A DNA stretch of 64,000 nt from a virus: IMG/VR virus record IMGVR_UViG_3300021960_006131, positions 1 through 64,000 of that record; one strand, given 5' to 3'. The position numbers were made by a program, and so were the translations under genes. The notes beneath the pieces are model-generated. The model did no database searches, had not been told where the DNA came from, and saw only the letters and a program-made list of their open reading frames with translations. Below, piece by piece: positions 53,101 to 62,100 of the stretch. Position 1 is the stretch's first letter, and the number at the start of each line of letters is the position of its first letter.

Positions 53101-56100
53101 TTTGACTACTGAGGCCTTCAAACTCTGGTGGCACAGATGCATTATACAATATCAAACTATCTGGATCGCCTTTATCAAATGGGTTGTCTTTTCTAATACC
53201 ACTGTCATTTAATCCAAATCCGTTTCCGCCATCGCCTATGTCTGCACTAAACCCAAAAGCACCTGGACCGTAATCTCCTGCTGGTATACCCAATGCATCA
53301 AGTGTGCCAGGCACAATGTCACTTAACTCTAAGCCGTCTGCATCTGTTGTTAATGTTAGACCTTGTACTGATGGGTTAATTGAAGTTGTTGTTGCTGTTA
53401 ATCCGCCATCTACGCCGCCTACTGTATTAATTAAATCTGCAAGTAATTCAGTTGCTGTTGCAGGTCTAGAAGAGCCTGAATTTCTATCTACTATTCCTGG
53501 AGGTTGCTGACAGTTAATAACACTTCTAGAAGTAAGTTGAACTCTAGCACCATAACCTTGACCATATGGTCTACCGTCAATTTCTTTTGATTCCACTTCC
53601 CCTTCTACATATTTTAACGGAACACCTCTTTCAAACTCTGCTGGGAATATCTCATATACACCTCTATCAAGGATTCTCATTTTTGTGATACTGCCTGCTT
53701 GGTTGATTTTTAAAACTTCAAAAATTGCTTGTTGGCTTTTGAGATCTGGATTATCCTCTCCGACTAATTTGCCTTTGGACAATATTGCTTGTGCCTGGAA
53801 TCCTTGACCGCTACTGCCTTTTGCTACAACAATATATCTTCTAGTTGAAAATTCAGGTTGGAAACCGCCTTTTTGTATAATTGATACACCAGAGATACTA
53901 TCTTTATCTGCTGTATCATATTCTGGATTTTCACTAGCAGATGAATATTTAATTTTAATATTAGGTGTGCGTATTTTAGTTTTCTTGTTGCCCATTGACT
54001 CTGGAGTATAATTATCGCTAATAGTTCTACCTGAACGTGACCATTCAATGAACCAAGTACCTTTACCTAAAATACCTCTGATATTACCGTCTTGGTCTCT
54101 TAATAATTTTCTTAATGTATTTTCTACATTATTAAATTGTATTCCATAGAGACTAGAAAGTGTAGTATCGTTTTGGTAATTACTTGCAAGTACGTTTGAT
54201 ATCTCTCCACTTGCTTGATCATACTGTCTACCAGTGTTATTTGGATGTCGTGCAGGACTACCTATATGAGTTTTTACAGTATTATTATTTCTTAAATTTG
54301 ATCCACCATATTTGATAGGCTCTGCATTAGATTTAGATGATAATGTAAATTTAAATGTTTGTTGTACTTGAGAACTGTTGTAATCATAACCATCTAAGAA
54401 TCCATCTTGGTCATACGCACCATTGTTGCCGAACTTACCCAATGTCTGTAATATTGGTACACGTTTTCCTTCAGGTGTTGTTAACCACATCATATCAAAT
54501 TCGCCTGGTGCAAAACTTTCAAAATTTAAATCAATATCTATATCGCTTACTTTTGCATCATCTGGTAAGTTACCAAAATCAAATTTGTACACTATTGCTT
54601 GTGATTCTTGTAATTCAGTAACAGGTTGCACTACTGGTCTATATACAGTACTGTAATTTAAACTTGCCATGTTTGTAGCAAGGGTGCTACCTGATATATC
54701 AAATTGACCTGCATGGGTACTTGCTGGTATTGTATAATGTGTTGTAATCGGTAATCTTAGATATCCACTGTCAACACCATCTTGATATACAAATAAATCA
54801 AACTGCTGAGTAGTTGGCTCTAAATTTGTGCCTAACTGTTTTGCTTTAACTTTTAATCCGTGTATAGCATCTTTAGTATTTAATGTAAATGAAGCATCAC
54901 TACCTGTTGTTACATCAGAAGAGACGCTCGAATTATGCTCAACACTTATTTCGTATTTTCCACTTTGTGTTTGTAAAACATTACTTCCATAAGTACTCAA
55001 ATTGTTTATTGGATAGAATCTTGCAAATATGTTACTAAAATCGGGTATGCCAATTGCTCTTCCTACTTCAGTGTCTAAATCGTATGCACTTAAAATTTGG
55101 AAGTATACTCTATCATTTGCTAATTTTAAGAATTTTACAACTCTGCCATTAGTTAATTTTATATTGTCACTTAGGAAATGTGCAAAATTATCTCTATTCC
55201 TAGAATCAAATGATTCTACATCATGGAATGATTTCATCAATCCAACTGTGCCTTCTGCTAAATTACCAAAGTTGGTTTGCATGTTTATGCCATTAATAGA
55301 ACTTGTAAAGTTAGGAGCATTCCAGCACACAATCCATGCACCGTTTAGTGCTGTTTGCTCATCTGTATCAAATGAACTTGTAAAGTTGCTTTCGCCTCTG
55401 TTGTTATTTCCGCTTGTTGAATTAATGTTAAAGTTAAACATCATAAATTCGCCAACATTTTCGTACTCTCTTGTTCCTATAAAGGCTTTGTATGTTGTTC
55501 CAACTTCTAAACCTGTTGTAGCAGAAATCGTAAATGTTTCTTCGTAAAATGTATTTTGTGAATCTATACCAATGTCTAGACGTCTTTGATCTATAGTAAT
55601 ACCGTTAATGGAATTACCGGACCTATCAACAAATGCTGTATTAGTATTAACGTCATTCAACCAATTTGCTTCTTTACAGCCTTTGTAACCAATATATGTT
55701 TTGTAAGGTAGTACAGCAGATGATATTGCAGTTCTACCTGTGTTTTTGACTACAGGAGTAACTGCATTTTCATTTGGAGTAAATTCTGGTTTGATCTGAA
55801 CTCCTGGAAGTTGTGTCCCCATTTCTGCGTCTATAACTTCTAATCTTGTAGTTGTAGGACTATACCCAAAGCCTGGATTTGTAACAATTATATCGCTTAG
55901 ATAATATGCATCTTCATCAATTGTTTTTGGTCTTCCGCCAACTATTGTTAGCCTGTCACCAATCATATAGTTAAAACCTGTGCTGTCTTCGACCATACCA
56001 GTTTGCACAACACCTACATTAGCATTTGCAATTTGACCATCTCTAGTACCTTCACCTGATCTTGGATTAACTGGGTAGCCATCTATCCTAATATAGTCTG

Positions 56101-59100
56101 ATGTCATAAACGGATTACTTGTATCCGGAGCACCCATAATATCTACAATGGTAACTTCCTGACCAGGCAATCCACCTGATATAACTTTTGGTGTAAATAC
56201 AGAACTGTTATCCCCGCCTAACTCATTGTACTGCTCTGGTGTGAGTGCATTTGCTATTGTTAAGTTAGCACTTGAGTTCATTCTCTTTTCTCTATAAGGT
56301 TGGAAGTCTCCAACTTCTGAAAAAGGACTTCTACTACAGCCTTTACCTAAACTAAATGGCACAGCACTTTTAATTTTTACAATAGGATTAAGTTGCGGTA
56401 CATTTGCATCATCGGCTGTTGTACATCCTTGTACACGTCTTTGTTGTTTTGCATGATACTGCCATAAACTCTTGAACCATGATCCTGTTCTGTCTTGCCA
56501 TTTACCATTTTCCTTAACACGTTCACCGTATCCTGTAATTTTAGTAAACTTAAATCCTCTGTCATCTTGTTCTTGTACTGTAGTAATTGCATTACTTCTG
56601 GTGTCTTCTTCAGATCTACTGCCCCAACCACCTAACATCAAGTCGTCAATAATTGTAAAGTTATATAAGTCACCTAAATATTTGTGCTGGCCTGTTCCAT
56701 TTTTTGGCAATCTGTATAAAATACCTTTTCCTTTAGCACCATAATCATAACTACTTCTGTTTAACTTACTCACATATACTGACATGGTTTCTTTATTAAT
56801 ACCTCTGCCCATATGGTCTTTCATAAATTGAACAGTTCCTAGTTTTTGATCTTTATGGAACACTGAGCCTGATGCAGGTGCATACACAATAGCAAATGGT
56901 TGTTTGTCTATATTATTGTATTCACCTTTAATTCCCGAACCTGAATGAGTTATGCTGGTGCTTGTATTTTTCCAATGCATTAACTCACCGTTACGATCAT
57001 CGTTTGTGGTGCTTCTTAGTACAATTGAGTTGTATGTGTTAGGATCTAATCCTTTTTCAATCATCTGTTGTCTTACAGATTCCAATAATGCTTCACCACT
57101 AATTTGTACAACCAGTCTAGCATCATCGTGCCTAGAACCAAATAGTACTGCAGGTACTCCGTCTTTTCTACCTTCAAGTAATTGGTAATTGTCGCTTCTA
57201 TTTGTAATAGGCGATAATTGCTGGCCATTATTATTACCCATTTTGAGAATCTTGCCTATGTTTCGGAAGTCTGTTGTACCCCATGCTTGGCCTCCACCTT
57301 TAACTACACATGATTTAGGTGGTTTTGGTGTTTCTGTTACGCATTCTGCATTAAAGTTCGGTGACTGACTGTTTATTGCATCTGCTAATGCACATGGATC
57401 ACAGCCTTCAGGTAGATTAACTGCTTCGCCACCTAAGTACATTACTTCACCACTTGATGTACAAGTATTACCATCTATTTCTTTAATATGCAAATCTTCT
57501 AATTCACACAAGTCAACATCAATTTGTTTATATGGTATCTTGGTATAATTGTCACCTATACCTTGTAAGTAAGATAATATTGTAGTCCAGTTTGTAGCAC
57601 TACCGCCTGCTTGTAAAAATTGTTCTTGATATCCAGAAATATTAGCATATTCAGAATCAATATATTGTTGTACTACATCAAATAATTGATCACTGAATTC
57701 GTATGTGGTCCCTTCTTCTCCAGAATTGGAATCATATAAAGTGATTCTAAATTTACCACAAGTTTCTTGTACTGGTGGATCTTGTGGTGGTGGATCTTGT
57801 GGTGGTGGATTACCTGGACCGCCGCCTCCGCCGGAGTAGCCGCCACCTCCGCCGCCACCATTGAGTTGTCTGCGTACACCATCATACTTAGTATTCCACC
57901 AACTGTTGCCGAAGTCACCAAAATAATCGTCATAAGGATTAACATAATCACCTGGCATTCCTGTATAAGGCCATGCGCCAATTTTAGGAGAAGCGAATCC
58001 TGGTTCTGCTTTGTTTTTAATTGTGCGTAATGTTGGATCCAATTTCATATTGTTAATATTATTTTCATAATTTTTAACAAGTGGATTATCTGCTGTAATT
58101 TTTCCGTCTAATGATCTGGTAGAATGTACACCATGTGGTCGTTGTGTTCTTTTTTGATTTTGTGTTCCGTAATAAATTTGTTCTTCTAATCCAGAAACAT
58201 CTATAATATATTTTCCTGCAAGTTTACTTGGTGCACGTCTTTCGGATATAGTTTCATTTAATTTAACTGGTGAATATTTATTTACACCACCTTTGAGTGC
58301 ATTACCGCCAGGTGCACCTATATATTCATATGAATATATTTGATCTAGTCCTGTAACATCTGCTGGTCTTTGTACATATTTTTGGTTAAAATCATCTGCA
58401 TTTCTGTTGTCGCTTCTTGGATCTCTGTGTCCAAATAAGAAACCTAATTGTAATTTTTTCTCTTTGTCAATTGCGCCTGCTTTAAAATCACTAACAAAAT
58501 TCAAACTGCCTTTGACTTGTTCAATTGTGTCTTGAGCAGGCAAGTATGTTTTATTATCATTTACATCAACTGCATTGTAATCTGTTATAGAATACGATAC
58601 GTTTTTATCTGTTAAATCTAATGCCACATTAGAGTTTGTAAATCCAAACACTTCTACTTGATTATCTGATAGCCTCCTTTGCTTATAACCTATAGGAGCC
58701 ATTTTGTATGTACTATTATAATTTCTAACTGGTGAATTTTTAATAGCAATAGAATTTTTATCAGGTTTAGCATTAATTTCATTATGTAAACTGTCAGTAC
58801 CAGTAATAATTATTGAGTCTGATACCCAGTTACCTTGTGTAATAGCATTTCCTGTGAATATTGTTTTTACTACAAATGAATCGTTGTCTGCTAAAAAAGG
58901 TGTAGCAAAGCCATCGTAATTTCTAGTGTTCGAAATTTTGATTGCTTTACTGGAATCTGGTATGTAATTGTCATATGATACAGAGAACACATTTGCTGTT
59001 GCTGTTGCGCCGGGAGCCTCAATAGTAATATATTGCTCGCCTGCGCCATCAATGTTATCTATAATAGACACAAAGTCAACAACTGTGAATGTGTTTCCAC

Positions 59101-62100
59101 TTAGTACATGTCCTGTGTTGTTTTTAGAGAATGTTACTGTTGATCCTACTGCTAATCCTCTTAATCCATTGTTAAGTTCTATGTTTACAAATCCATCACT
59201 ACTTGCATTTGTAGAAGACACTACTAATTGTTTATCGTCTATTTTTCCAATATTATGACCTTTACTGTAGAATCTAGTTGCTGTGTAAACATCTAACATA
59301 AGTTCATCGTTAGTAAATGTTGTACCTAATGATTTTTCAAAGTACATCATTGGTGCATCACCTTTGGTAATTAACTGTTTATCAAAATCTAAATATGAAA
59401 TAGGATTCAGTGTAACACTTGTATTACCACCTAAGGAATAATTATTTTCTGGGTCATAAATTTTACCAGTTAAACTTGGTATACCGTATCCTTTTGGAAC
59501 TGATACAATATGTAAATTTGCATTTCCTGTTAAAGATGCTGTTAAATTTGTTGTTAAAGCAGTTGGTCTAGTTGGTTGGTTAATTTCAAATGCGTTGCTG
59601 TACACTGAATTAACAATATATGTTTGACCATTTACGCCTGCTGTATCAACTGATCCTGCATTTAATGTTATGTCGTCACCTGTTTCAAATATATGTACGT
59701 TTGCAGGTACATGCACAATCCTAGATGTTATTGTTGATGTTGTTGCACTTCCTCTAATAACAGGATCTGCATAAGTTAAATATTTCATACTGCTGAGTTC
59801 TGCAGTAGGTATAACATTAGTATTTGCTAGTTTTACAGTAAATGTATTTTCTGTAACACTTCTTATGCGGAATTCTGTATTATTGATGCCATTAGCAGAG
59901 CCAGTTGTGTTTACAAATATTGTATCGCCTGTGTATAGTAAATTGTTTGGCTTATTAAATACTAATTGTGAACCATTGAGCGACGAAACAATAACTCCTA
60001 AGTTACTTTTTTCAGTTTCATTGATTGCATACGTTCCAACATTATCAGATATACTTTTTGGTATAATTGCATAATTAGGCTGAGTGTTTGATACTACGAT
60101 GTTCCCTGTTAGTACTGAATTTACACCATGTTGAGTATCAGCAAATCTTAAAGTATTATTATCAACTGCTTCGGTATCCATAAACATTTTATGCTGTGGT
60201 TCGACTACATGTACATCAATTGCCACATTAACATCTGTTGAATTCATTATTTCCGTATTACAGCCTGTGTGATTTAAAGGCAAGTAGTCGAATGTTATGT
60301 CTAAGTTGCTACCAAATATTGAGGATAATTGTACATTTGCACTATTATTGATTCCCATATAGAACGTACCTGCTGACCCAATCTGTGTAGGTAATTTACT
60401 GATATATCCTAATGTGGTTCCTGCAATTAGCGAACTGCTACTGCTTCTTGGTTGTAGTAATACTGCAGAATACCCATCGTCATTTGTAGATCTTTCTACT
60501 GATGACAAAAAGTCATTTACTAATACCTGTTTGTTTTTATTTTTATCTACTTGATAAACTACTGCATTTAAATTATCAGTAGTGTCATTAGATGTGAATA
60601 TGTTATCTGTGTTATCCACTGTAACACTTGATTGGCCCACACTGATAATTTTTCTATCAACTATTTGTGGAATTGTGCCTGTATCATCTTTAATTGCTAT
60701 TCTTAAGTTAGTTAATTCGTTTTTAGTTGTTGGAGCAAGTGTGTATTTAAGTTTTGCACTATTCACAATAACTAAAGGTACTGCAACATCAAAATTGTTA
60801 TTTGCAGGATATGTTGTTAAGCCATTTTCAAATCCAATGTACAGATTGATGAAATTATATTTTGCGCCTTTGGCCAATATGTTTTTTAAATCCTCGCCCC
60901 ACCACTCTAGTGGTCTATCACCGCCGTTAGTGTGATCTGGTTTTAATTTAGTTGTTTTTAATCTTGCACGAATCTTATCTGGTTGATTGCTGTGTACCTG
61001 TATAATGTTGCCATTAGGATCAGTCCATATTGCTTTGTTTGGTTTTTTATCTATAAAAGTAAATATATCTGACATAGAATGACTGTCAGAGAAATCAAAT
61101 TTTATTCTGTTTCTATCAACTTTATCAACTAAATTTTGATTAACACCAGCAATAGTTAAACCTCGTTCAACTTCTCCTGTTATGTTTAATGCATGATGGT
61201 TTCCAAAATACCTAGGTATAAGTCCCAATCTACTTGTGGCATAGTCAGATACTTCGTCTACTATTTGACCTCTGTCAAACATGTCACTGCTAACACCACG
61301 CATTTCTACAAACATTCCATCTAATGAAGGTGTTTCCTGTTTGTATGTAAAGTTATCTAGCCACCATGCTGTATCAAAATTTTCTAATTTGTCTAACATT
61401 CCGAATGCTTGATTAACAAACCCGGGATCAGTTGGATCGCCTTTAAGTCCAGTTGATCTTAATAATTCTTTAAATCCTTCATCTGTGACATATCTAAATT
61501 CTAAATCTAGTTCAACACCATCAACAGTTCTTAATGATTCTGGTACGCCTGTAAAATCTGTTTGTAATGTTAGATAATTATTTGTGGTAGGTAATCCTAA
61601 TCCCATATACACAGGTTTATTGTTGTAATGGAACAAACCTGAATGTCTAACGTTACCTATTAGGTCATGTTCTTCTGGTGTTTTTTCGCTGTTATCAAAT
61701 AATACTCTTGCAAATTCTCCTGCACCATCATCTCTAAAGAATAAATCTACAGTATTATTTGTAGTGTCTCTTAATGTATGTACTGGGAATCTGCTCTGAA
61801 TTGTTCCTACAGCATCTGCAACATCTATTATAATAGTGTTGCCACTAATTTTTAATGGTCTTTCTGTTCCTGATACTCCAGGTATAACACCTGTGCTGGT
61901 ATTGGAATTTAAATATTGTATATTACCAAAACCATAGTTTCCTAGGTTACTTGTTTCAAATCCTGAAACTGTTAATGTGTTGCTGGTTAAACTTGCAATA
62001 TTTCCAGACCTTGACTCTTTAGAACCAGTATATACTATTGCTGTTCTATTTGTGGTATTTCCTGTTGTTGCTGGATCATAAATTTTAATAAAGTTACCGT

